A stretch of 64,000 bases of DNA, taken from contig NMRA01000060.1 in the NCBI GenBank assembly GCA_002633005.1, forward strand, positions 663,752-727,751. The letters run 5' to 3'. Each line of letters begins with the position of its first letter. Position 1 is the stretch's first letter. Positions 12,404-23,229 of this stretch are shown here, piece after piece. Made by a program: the position numbers and the translations under genes. Under the pieces are notes generated by a model. That model did no database searches and had not been told where the DNA came from. It saw only the letters and a list, made by a program, of their open reading frames with translations. The stretch comes from Phoronis australis. Taxonomy: Eukaryota; Animalia; Phoronida.

Positions 12404-14838
12404 CGTTAGCATTCAATATAGTTGCCAGCACTGTCGGGTGACAAATGATTGCATTTAGGTAATCAGCAGCAGCAGAAACCGGAAGAATGGGGCAGGAGTT
12501 TCATTTTTCATTCAGAAGATTTAGGTCATGGAAATGCCCTTAAACAGTGGGACGAATTTTCAGGGCTCTCGGAAGGTGAAACATTTCGAAATGAAGTGCT
12601 TCAGTTGCTCAAATCTGTCCGGGTGCCAACATTCACTCTTTGGTCATTTCAGAATTGTGACTATTAAGTTTGGGTATATACTGTGGAATACCTCTCAGTG
12701 GGTCGTAAACACTTGGGTTTTACGTTTTAGTTGTTTTGTGTTCAGTGAAATTTAACTAATCGAGCAGAAAGTTGTAGAGGGCTGCGCTATGTCAGAGAGA
12801 AAAGTAAAACGGCTTCAAGGGATTGTCTGGGCAGAAAACGGGCAAACTATAGACTGGGACATTCTGCTGTTCCCGTAATTTTACTAAAAAGCCTGTCCTC
12901 GATACATCGCTCGACTTTAAAGGCCTTGCCCTGCCTCTGCAAGACCACCAAAATGATTCGGGCGTTCCTTGCGTGGAACGTTCGTATTATGATTTGATAG
13001 TGAGACAGTTGTCACCTCAGTAGAAATTTGAAAGGATCCCAACCCGTTGTAGCATGTGGGGATTGTTTAATCTAAATGTATTCACATTAAATGATTTGGA
13101 TTGAAATTGTATTGATCTTTTTGGTCCATGTCGTTGTATACATGTAATTAAAATTAAAATCCAGAACGATGAACATAAAAATCCCAAAGTCACACACAAA
13201 GTATTAACATTTTATTTCTGCTTAATATTTTTACATATGTTCAATAATAGGTAAGAAAGTGACTGTTAAACTTCAATTTAGGATTCAAATGTTTTCTAAA
13301 CTGGGAATTATCAGTGTACAAAGGCTTACTATACATTCCTACAAACGCTCAAGTTTAATGTAAGTGTGTTGTTTGATGATAACTACACGTATACAGTACA
13401 AATCACGTTAATAAGGAAGTAAAATTTCCCCAATTTTTCAAAGAAGCTTTTAAGCCATGTTCACAAGTTCAGTTCAACTTCACCGTGTTCTCATTCATTG
13501 TCTTTAAATACAGCTGTAAGTCTAATGGAATTGATTTGTCGTAGCGACCGAAACCAACATGAGGAGCTTTCAAATCTTCTCAGTTTTTGAACTTATTTCT
13601 AATGTGAGTTTATATTGTTTAGGAGTTCGAAATAGAACTCTTCTTGTGCCTGTAATACGATTGTCGTTCATCTTCATAGATTTTTTTCGCGTTTTAATAA
13701 GTGTTATTGGTTTTCAAAAATAGCCTTATCGGTTATAATAAAACTGTGTTGTCATTGACAGCATGAAATTGTACTGGCTTTGATGAATTATTCAAAAGTA
13801 TTTTAAAAAGTTGGAAAATTAGATGGAAAATGTCGGGCAAAGTGACAACTAATGAGGTTACAAATGTGCTTTATTTGAGGCTTAGCCCAACTGGGACACG
13901 TTCAGCAATAGATGGCACTACTATTCACGTGTACGCTTGCGTTCCTAATGTCCGGAAGAGCTTACATTGCAAGCCAACATTAAGTGAATTATATTCAGAG
14001 ACCATAATCCTGGAGGCTTTTTGAGCATAGAGAGGCAAATATGTTTCTTGAGTAGGCCTACCACGTACAGCGCTTTGTGAATGTAAGTATCCCGAGGCTC
14101 GAAAATGGCCATCTAGCAGGTTCCCACGTTCGGTGGGTGTGGCCATAGGGAGCCGTAAGACTGTCACTTAAAAATGAACAAGTCTCTCTGCTCTGGTGAT
14201 CACCTAAATACTTGACACATTTACTATGCAATTCACTGTATTAAAATTGCACATTGCCAGGCAGTTTCAGCGGTACGGCACTTCAGCTAAACAATTCTGA
14301 TTGGGGTCAAATTTTTAGCTAGTTCAATACTAGATTAATCGCATGAAATCAGTTGGAAATTATTCACAATTATGCAATGTATCACGAATTAACACTGCCA
14401 GACAAATCCTTTGGTGGGTCTACCCCCGCCCAAACACGCTTGCTCAACCCACCCGGTAACCACCTGAAACCAATTGCAGAACTTCATGCATCACGCCACA
14501 CGACACAATTATTATGTAAGACAATTTCAGTGGTGGGGAGCCTATTCCCTGTAGATAAACATAGCGGGGTCCAAATTTGAAGGACATCAACCCACAAAGT
14601 AACCGCATGAGACTAATTGAAAAATATCTAACACTCAAACCGTGTATCGTGAATGAAAATTTCCAAACAAATACAGTTGTGGATAACTCTCACCAGAGGA
14701 CATGCAAACCTTTGAATTGAGCTAGATCAACTTACCAGGCAAATGGTTGAAACCAATAGCGGAGTTGCAACGCCGTCATACTGGAAATGAGTCAGAATGT
14801 TGCATTGTGGTTACAATAATATCATTCAGTAAATAAGT

Positions 14839-15246
14839 ATGTCCTCAAGCGTGCGGGCTAACCGGCCACAGGGATAGACCGGCAGCCCAGAGCACTCAGC
14901 ATAGATGAACGAGGTACCAACATCTGACCACGGGAGCATTTAGAGTCCACCTCAGTATGTACAGAGATGGACGTCTGCCGTTGTCTGCACTCTCGTTCAT
15001 CTAAGCCAAGTGCTCTGGGCTGCCGGTCTAGGAGGTTATACGTGTAGTGTGCCTGGTTGCTATAACAAGGGAGAATAAAGAACTTATTTAGTTACTTCCT
15101 GTTTCCCAAGGATCAAGAACTGCGTAAAAATAGGTTTGAAACATAAGTAGAGCTGGAAGCAAACGGCCGATTTAGTGAATTCGTTCCGACATCGTGGCAT
15201 AAAGTATGCAGCGCTCATTTTGAGGGCGGCAAGAAAACGTATCTTG
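14839..15246 (+). pseudogene. Decayed THAP domain, likely the N-terminus of a Harbinger/ISL2EU-type transposase, interrupted by a MITE
   Basis: GGYTCSVPGCYN...YFLFPKDQELRKK*V*NISR...FVPTSWHKVCSAHFEGGKKTYL, with stops and frameshifts. The superfamily assignment is inference. Confidence 0.75.
14875..15030. mobile_element. MITE (~155 bp) with ~38-bp TIRs
   Basis: TAGACCGGCAGCCCAGAGCACT...TAGATGAACGAG mirrored by CTCGTTCATCTA...AGTGCTCTGGGCTGCCGGTCTA. Confidence 0.85.
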
Positions 15247-15559
15247 GAAACTTGAGGGTAGTGAAGACAAACTCAAGTTGTTTTCGATTTACCAGAACTC
15301 AGCCGATCTGAGCAATTTTGAGGATGATGCGACTGCACAATCTATCACCTGTTCTGCCTACTCACTTAACGCACACTATGCATTAACGTGCCCAAATCGA
15401 CAAAGTCCTGATTATTATTATATACAATCTATAAATCGGTGGTGCATTGCTTTCAGAATTCGTTGTTAAATAACGATCACTTTTCAGAAAAAATGCTGAA
15501 ACCCCAGGGCAGAAACTCGCCGACTGATGCCGTAGCTGCCTCGCGGTCGTCGATAGGGC

Positions 15560-16149
15560 AACTTGAATTCATGAATANAGATCAGTCACCCATCAGTGAA
15601 TGCTCTAAACGTGTATACGAGTCATTGAACATTTCACAAACAGCACACTTACTGACTTATACTTGTCCATCCAAAGCCTGGTATTGTTCATTTGTTGTAA
15701 TGTAAAACCTTCACGAGTTCGAACATTCATCCTTGTCCTCATTGTTTCTCACCTATCGAACGAGTCGATTACAGGTACAAGGTTTGTTGGTAATGCCGCT
15801 TTTTGTACTGGCTAACACGTCTTTTTCTGAATCTCGTAGAGCAGGACGACTGCGTTTCGCCTTCGGACGTACACTTCATTGACCTACCTCTCCCCGCCAT
15901 TTGTATAAATTCTGTTGACCTCTAGATCTGTGGCTGCGCATGCGTTGTTGTAATGTTTATAAGCTGTTTAGCGGTCGGGATACTAAATTCTTTGTAAACA
16001 TTTCATTCGTTTGTAGTATTAACAACGATTTTTTTCAAACTTTTTGCACAAGTTGAAAGTTAATAACTTTTTGAACTCCATGTCACATCAAAAAACCGGC
16101 TTAAACGGCGTTAAGAGGTTTTTTCTTCTATAACTCGGACCATAGGCCT
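15560..16149 (-). mobile_element. Possible left end of a Kolobok-like element with decayed N-terminal coding sequence
   Basis: Minus-strand terminus TTAA|AGGCC at 16153-16145; decayed ORF from an ATG at ~15900 containing a C-x2-C motif (KCAVCE). Confidence 0.3.
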
Positions 16150-18494
16150 TTAACTGCAGATTAAATACAAATCTGCGCTAGAGCGCAGTCCGCAACACGA
16201 GGAAAATCTCTGGAGGAACACCCATGTTGTCACGTGACGTTTGTTTTGAAGTTCGTCTACGTTTGTGTGAAAGTAAGCGAGCGTGTGCGTGTCATCAGAG
16301 TTCATTTGCCAGAGTAAACGCAATGTAAAGATCTAGGTGTGCATTGTAACAAAAGAATTTGACTCGAGCAGTAAAGCAAAGCGTGTTTTATTTATCACTT
16401 GCTGGCCTCACCTGCTAAAAAACGTTCGAGATTTGTCTCGGCAAGGCTAATATTTTAAATATCATGCCTTTAATATTTAAAAATATCACTCATGGAGTCC
16501 CCGGGTGACTGGATGCGTAACAGTGCAACAGTTATTTTTCGGGAGATTCGGAATGAAAAGGTGCGAAAGAGTTCACTGTCAGTGGGTCATTTTGACTCCA
16601 AAAACACCAGAATCACTCCACATGGTTACTTGCCAGACACATTCAGAAGTGGCATGCTCAGTCAAACAAAAATTAAAAAAGAACAACACAATATTCGCAG
16701 TGAACGAAAACTACTGTATAATTTCGATTGTAAGTCAATAATTCTGATTAATCAATCAATGCCATTGCAAGACACCGGTGGTTGACTGCAAGAAACGAAC
16801 AGGTTTTGTCGCGATATGCTCTTCCCGGCCAAATTAAAGGTTTTTTTTTAACAAACTATATATTTATACCTGACACTACTTGCACTTATTCCCACGCACT
16901 ACAAAAACAAATGCCAAGTGTGAGCTGCAACAAATCAATCCGTTGATGATCGCTACGTTGATGTTGCGCTTTGTGACAAGTTACATGTACTTACGGATGC
17001 TTGAGATTGGTTACGATTGGGCGAACCGTAAGGACACATAAAAATCCGTGTAGTGACGGTAGCATTAAAATAAAAATCAACAAAGTACCTTGAACACTGT
17101 CACTAGCCACATCCACATACATATATTTTTTTGTTCATTTCAAGTGTCGGATTGTTTGGGCCAATGCGTAGTAAAAATACATCATAACGGCGCGTAAAGT
17201 GTGGGGATATTTCATGCGTCGGGGTATAGTAGATTACATCGACGGTTGCATCAACTTCTGCGACCGCATCCATCAGCATCGCACTCCCCCTAGTCACATG
17301 CTGGGTATGGGCCTGCCACCAAGGTGGCTCATCCAAACATATATGCAGTCATTGCATTCACCTATTATATGACCTTGGTTGCCCAGAATCCAGTGGCGGA
17401 TTGAGAGGGAGGCCAAAAAGGAGATGCTCACCCCTAAAATTTTATAGGTTTAGTAAATAAATGAATATTGAAATTTAAAAACTCATCACTTAAGAGGCGT
17501 TTTTTTTCTGTATGTCCATGGATCCTGGATCATTGGATAGGGTTTCACCAGATGGAGTGCCAGCAGCACATGCAACAAATGGTAATCCTTCAGGTCGAAT
17601 GTTATGTAGTCATTAGTCTGAATTGAATGGAGAAGAAGATCAACACGTAATTTTATATCTGTCTTGCGTAACTGACTATCAAAATTTCTTATCAGCGTAA
17701 CCTAAAGGATATACTTATGCAAACACATTGATTGTCGGGGTACACAAGTGTCGAATTAGAGTACTTAATTTTCGAATTACAACTCGTGGACAGACTGAGG
17801 CTATTGTAGTGTCCCTATGCACCGATAGGTGTCACTGTACGTTAAGCGGCTTCCGGTCAACCATGTTTTATTGAATAGAAGCACGTTTTATCAACACAAC
17901 AAATCTTTATTATAATTATGATAAATTCGCAATTCAACAGCTATGCAATTATACTACAACTTAGACGAAACCACTCCGGTTTCATCCTGAGGCTATGCAA
18001 TTATACTATAACTCAGAGGCATTTGTACCAATATGATTGCCCAAAAGAAGGGAACGCCCGCATAAAACACCATCAAACTAACGGAAAACAAATTGGTGTC
18101 TATAACTGGGTTCACATAAATCACGTATTTCAATAAAGACAGCATTCGTCACACAAACCTCCTTAGCATCCTAAGAAGATACGTAGTTGAGTAAGTACTC
18201 ACAGAACTGTCCTATTACAGTAATACTTTGTTATAGAGAGCTCCTGAAACTAGTACAGGACTTGGGCGCTCATTGATGTCTGTTTTAAAATACGTTAAGT
18301 GTCTACAACGGTTTTGATTTCATTCACATGATGAGATTGTTAACTATACTTAATAACAAAACACAAATTTGCAGATTTTAGTTAATGTCCACCTTGTCCT
18401 GTTTCATAGCAATACTCCCAGATAGCATGTTAAGGATATCTTTAACTTCATTCACAAAAATTGGCCATTTTCACATTTCACAAATCTCTAGCAA

Positions 18495-19050
18495 AATACC
18501 TTATTTTCATTCTCGAGGAGCTTCAAATACGACATATATACCCTGTAGCAAGAAAAAAGGATTTGGCAGAACTACCTGGAACCGCACAACCGCGTGGAAA
18601 TTTGTTCACCATCCGAGGTAAAAGGTTACGAGGCTGTCGCTCAAATCGGATCTCCCGCACGGCATATGGAGCAGCTCCGCATGTACCCTCAGTCCCTTCA
18701 GTCACCGTGTTGACAATATTGCGTCAACGACGTGTACATATGATAGAAAGATGGCGAGGAAAACGAAGACAAAACGTAGCTTGCTCCTGAGAGAGTTGTG
18801 TGCCTGCATGCATACGACTGTTGAAAACAAATACTCTACGCCGAGTCGCCACACGCCTCTGTGACTTTGTGTTCACCAACACAGCAAGTTGTGAAAAAGA
18901 TAACTCCTCACCCAAATACCTTAATTCGGATAATTTGACATTTCGCTGTTTCTCATACTCACAACGTGCTTCAGGTATCCATGTTGTACTTGGTTTTCAT
19001 ATGAATCTCCCAGCCCGGCTGAGGTGTGTCTAACAATGAACTTTTGACCT
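18495..19050 (+). pseudogene. Decayed Kolobok remnant: transposase C-terminus followed by a KolX / P2X7-C-terminal-like Cys-rich domain
   Basis: ELQIRHIYPVARKK resembles the Kolobok transposase C-terminal YPK.RKKW block. Downstream, CS*ESCVP.MHTTVENK and NLTFRCFSYSQRASGIHVVLGFHMNLPARLRCV resemble WCxCGxCxxMxTxxExxCC and NxxxRYxAYRQFxxWxHGxLG...PxCV. Heavily mutated. Confidence 0.45.
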
Positions 19051-19159
19051 ACTTTTAAGTGGGCCACAATGTACCAGCTTGATGCTTCCGCATGACCTAG
19101 CTGGATTCGATTCCATGTGAATTGGCTTGGGGTGACTAAAACGTTTTTGTAAGTGTTTT

Positions 19160-20037
19160 TGTCACGTTTTTCCCCGTGTGTGGGTGGGCACAGGTTGTTA
19201 CAGACCGGTGCTAATAGCTTTCGGTGCGAAGATTGACTGAGTGAAGACTGGTTCGAGTTACCCCTTTAAAAGTTAATCCCGACCGTACGTTCACAAGCCT
19301 ACTCAAACAAAACGTCCGAGGTAATGTCTGTTTATGCTCCAGCAAGTGCTGCGAAGCCTTGACTTGCGATGAACTTCTGAGACATGTTCAGCAACTGTTA
19401 CACTCGTCTATTCAATAACCTGCTGTCTCTATAGCTGGCTCTCTATTGACTATCGCTGTAACTGCTGACTCTCTTCACTGCAACTCAACTGTAGTTCTCC
19501 TGATTGACTTACTTGAACTGACTTGATCTTCTCTTGAACTGACTTGATCTCACTTGATCTCCCGACTTGATCTTCTTGGACTCAACTGACTTAATCTCCC
19601 GACTTGATCTTCTCTTGAACTGACGTGATCTTCTTGTACTCAACTGACTTAATCTTCTTGGACTCAAGTCACTAACACAAACCCGTGCTTGTGTATTTAT
19701 AGCCTAATGCATTGTTCTGGAACTTTTCATCAATTCAAGAACATTCTAGAACTTTCCTGAATCCACCCAACCATTCTACAAACATGTACTAGTCTCTAGA
19801 ATATCCCAGACTGCATTAATCACTGTCATGCTAGAGTCTTCTAGAAAGTTCCACACTATGCTGCAGTAAACAAATTACATCATCACTATTCTGACCTCAG
19901 TCTTCTAGAAAGTTCCACACTATTTTGTAGTAAACAAATTACATCATCACTGTACTTAACTCAGGGGTCATGCCAATTAAACAGAATAACAACACAAAAC
20001 AATGCAACTAAAAATACTGTCAGACTATATTCTGACA
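19160..20037 (-). mobile_element. Solo LTR (878 bp) with a heat-shock-element promoter
   Basis: Termini TGTCA...TGACA; TSD GTTTT at 19155-19159 and 20038-20042. The minus-strand start TGTCAGAATA is identical to the start of the LTR at 5496. Internal short repeats at 19500-19670 and a ~64-bp duplication at 19835-19950. Confidence 0.85.
19694..19915 (-). promoter_or_regulatory. TATA box plus clustered heat-shock elements (HSEs)
   Basis: TATAAATA on the minus strand at 19701-19694; TTCaaGAAcaTTCtaGAActTTCctGAA at 19734-19761; TTCtaGAAagTTC at 19839-19851 and 19903-19915. Confidence 0.8.
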
Positions 20038-21498
20038 GTTTTAATAATTACAAAAACGTTTAATTAAAAGTTAATTACGCACTGCAAATTCAGATGAGAT
20101 TGCGCCTGAATGTTGAAATAATGAAAGTGGCTAAGGGGTGTACAGGTCACATTGACCAAAACAAGTTTTCACCGAATAATTAATCGAAGTCCTTGAGATT
20201 TTCTCGTCTCAGTCGCCACATAATCGTTTTTTCTCGGCTTCTTGCAAATCGACTAAATTTGAACTTAGGAACACGAGTTCTCGAAACGGCTTGGTTGATT
20301 TTGCTGAAACATTCCAAACTGTTAGGATTTTCGATATAAAGGCCTAGTTTTTGCGTTATGTAACAAAGACGAACACGACGTCTATTTTTTACAAAAATAC
20401 CTTACGTTTTGCTGGTTGATTTGTCATAGAAATCAAACGAAAAGGCTAATTGAAAATTCCTAACAGCGCTTTTGAGGTAACTGGTGAAGGTTTATTAAAA
20501 TCGAGAGAGGAGTTATTTCGACATGAATGTACCTTTCTTAACTTGGAATTTTGACTTAAAAGGTGTTAACGTAATAATAAATATAAAACATAGTTTTATA
20601 TTCATTGATCCTTTTTCTTCCAGAAAATATGTTCTTTCACTAGATGCCAAGCCTAGGTTTCTGATATACGAGTTAGAATAGAGGCCACTAAATAAGGTTT
20701 GAGATAACCTTATTGTAACATAAACTCATGGTGGTAATTTTTCTAACGAAAAAGAAAAGGAGGGCAACAAAGTTTGATATCCTAACTTTTTGGAGAGATT
20801 TACCGCCACTGTAGTTAATTTGCAGTCAAACCGTAGAGTACTACCTCACTGAATAAAAGAGAATATTCGACTTTTTAAGATAAGACACTTCGATGCGTAA
20901 CCAATGAAAGTCAGGTCATGCGACAAAAATCGTGGATGAAAAAATACGCTGTAAATGAAAATGCTTCTAAAGATTTAAGTCAGAAGTATTACGCTCTGCA
21001 CAACGATTTTAGTTACCTAATAAAATCTCACCTATTTTGAGCGAAAGTGCAATCTCAATAATTGTTAGTTACTGAAATACTTTCTACAAATTTGTTCTAG
21101 AACGTGATGCGCTGACCATTACTAAACTTTTATTCAGCAATTTAGAAGTGGGAGCACAAGACTAATTTTCTGTATTAATTCTAAACAGAAAAATGAATAT
21201 AGTTTATTCATTCACTCATCAATGCACACTCACATTCAACCGGAAGACCCATAAAACCCAAAAAGCTACGCAAATGATAAGCTCGGAGGGCGCCATCTTT
21301 CATCGAACAAATGGTATTTACAATTCTGAATGAATATAACCTCTTCAACGTTATAGTAATCTAATACTTCTGTTTTGAACTTGGCGAAACAAGGTCTTCA
21401 GTTATTAAGTTTTTTAATGTAAAGTTTTCCAAAATACAAAATAAGGTTCACAGTTATAGGTATCAGTAGATAGTTCGCTCGCAGCCCTTAACACAAAC

Positions 21499-21662
21499 TT
21501 CGTTGAAAACACAACTAAACTTTTTGTTTCAAACCTTGATACAGAGGTGCTTGTTAGTGTTTTACTACATAGCTGAACACCTGAAGAAAAAAGATTGTTT
21601 TGACACTACGAGCGACTCTGTATCAAGCTTTCAAACAAAAAATTTCGCCGAATTTCAACGAA
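21499..21662. mobile_element. MITE-like hairpin with ~60-bp arms, inserted in the LINE
   Basis: TTCGTTGAAAAC...TTGATACAGAG..TAGTGT mirrored by ACACTACGAGCGACTCTGTATCAAG...TTCAACGAA. Confidence 0.7.
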
Positions 21663-23100
21663 ATTCATAGTTATTCTCAATTTACCAAACACTACTTCAA
21701 TGCTGCACAATTATTTAACCCATGAATCAACCTTAGACCAAAAAGAAGATGCAAAATTACAATTCCTGAAAATATGTGCCAGACCTTCGGACTCTGGAGA
21801 TCAAAATTTACATAAATCAGAATCCGATATGCTAATTCTAACTTAAAATCTGCCAGTGCCTAATATTCTATGTGTTATCCGAATCTTGAACCATTGCGAA
21901 AGTCAGGAGTACAAATTACAGATAACGTAGTGTAGAAGCAATCTCCTTTCTTCAGGTGTGCAGCTATGTAGCAAAACACTAAGAGCGAATCTGTATCAAG
22001 CTTTCGAACAAAAAGTTTAGACGTGTTTTCAACGAAATTAAAGACATTCTCAATTTACCCAACACTGCTTCATCGCTGTAAAGATTTAGAGAAAAATCAC
22101 AGAATTCTTTAACCCATGAATCAACCTTAGACCAAAAAGAGGATTCAAAATTAAAATTCCAGAAAATATGAGCCATATCTTAGGACTCTACCAAGCAAAA
22201 ATTATATCAATCAGAATCCGAAATGCTCATTCTAAATAAAAATCCGTCAGTGCCTAATATTCTATGTGTTATCCGAAACTGGAATCATCGAAGCCAAAAG
22301 TCAGAAGTATAAGATACATGTAGTGTCAAAACAATCTCCTATCTTCATGTGTGCAGCTACAGTATGTGGCAAAACACTACGAGCGATCTGTATCAAGCTT
22401 TCAAACAAAAAGTTTAGTCGCGTTTTCAACGACATTATAGGTATACTGAATTTACTAAACACTACTTCAGTGCAGCAAAGATTTTGAAAAATATCACACA
22501 ATTCTTTAACCCATGAATCAACCTTAGACCAAAAAGAGTATGCAAAACTAAAATTCCAGAAAATATGTGCCAGATATTCGGAATCTGCCATACAAAATTT
22601 ATATCAATCAGAATACGAAATGCTGATTCTAAATAAAAATCTGTCAGTGCCTAATATTCTATGTGTTATCCGGAACTGGAGCCATCGAAGTCGAAAGTCA
22701 GAAGTATAATTTACAGATAATGTAGTGTCGAAACAATCTCCTTTCTTCAGGTGTGCAGCTATATGGCAAAACACTACGAGCGATCGGTATCGAGCTTTCA
22801 AACAAAAAGTTTAGTTGTGTTTTCAACGAAATTAAGGTATACTGAATTTACTAAACACTACTTCAATGCAGCAAATATTTAGAGAAATGTCACACAATTC
22901 TTAAACCCATGAATCAACCTTAGACCAAAAGAGGATGAAAAATTCCAGAAAAGATGTTCCAGATCTTCGGACTCTACTAAGCAAAATTTACATAAATCAT
23001 AATTGGAAATGCTAATTTTAAATAAAAACCTGTCGGTGCCTAATATTCTACGTGTTATCCGAAACTGGAACTATAGAAGTCGAAAGTCAGAAGTGCAACC
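21600..23100. repeat. Tandem array of ~4 x 394-397 bp
   Basis: Marker CATGAATCAACCTTAGACC starts at 21721, 22115, 22512 and 22908. Confidence 0.95.
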
Positions 23101-23114
23101 TAGCATCAAGTACC

Positions 23115-23220
23115 AGTTACAAGTGAGATCTATTTCTCAAGTTTTTCAAGAGCAAAAGCCACATTACACCAACTGGTGAAAGTAACTTTCCCTTTCTCGA
23201 TGTCTCGATCAAAAGTCTGA
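23115..23220 (+). mobile_element. Short Penelope-like RT fragment
   Basis: LFLKFFKSKSHI...GESNFPFLDVSIK resembles the PLE motif FLNSxHPxIxFTxE...LPFLDV. Confidence 0.45.
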
Positions 23221-23229
23221 TATCCTGGC

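Larger units (their letters stand above)
21190..23100 (-). mobile_element. 3' end of an L1/Tx1-type LINE whose zf-RVT region is tandemly amplified
   Basis: DFRLRWLQFRITHRILGTDRFLF...KFC...E.LAHIFWN...FWSKVDSW is repeated four times; a single C-terminus VNLILYFGKLYI...YYNVEEVI...FDERW lies at 21460-21290. Confidence 0.85.

Noticed and set aside
14120-14155. Faint 5S rRNA-like start on the minus strand
   Set aside because: Similarity is limited to about 20 nt and no internal A/C boxes follow.
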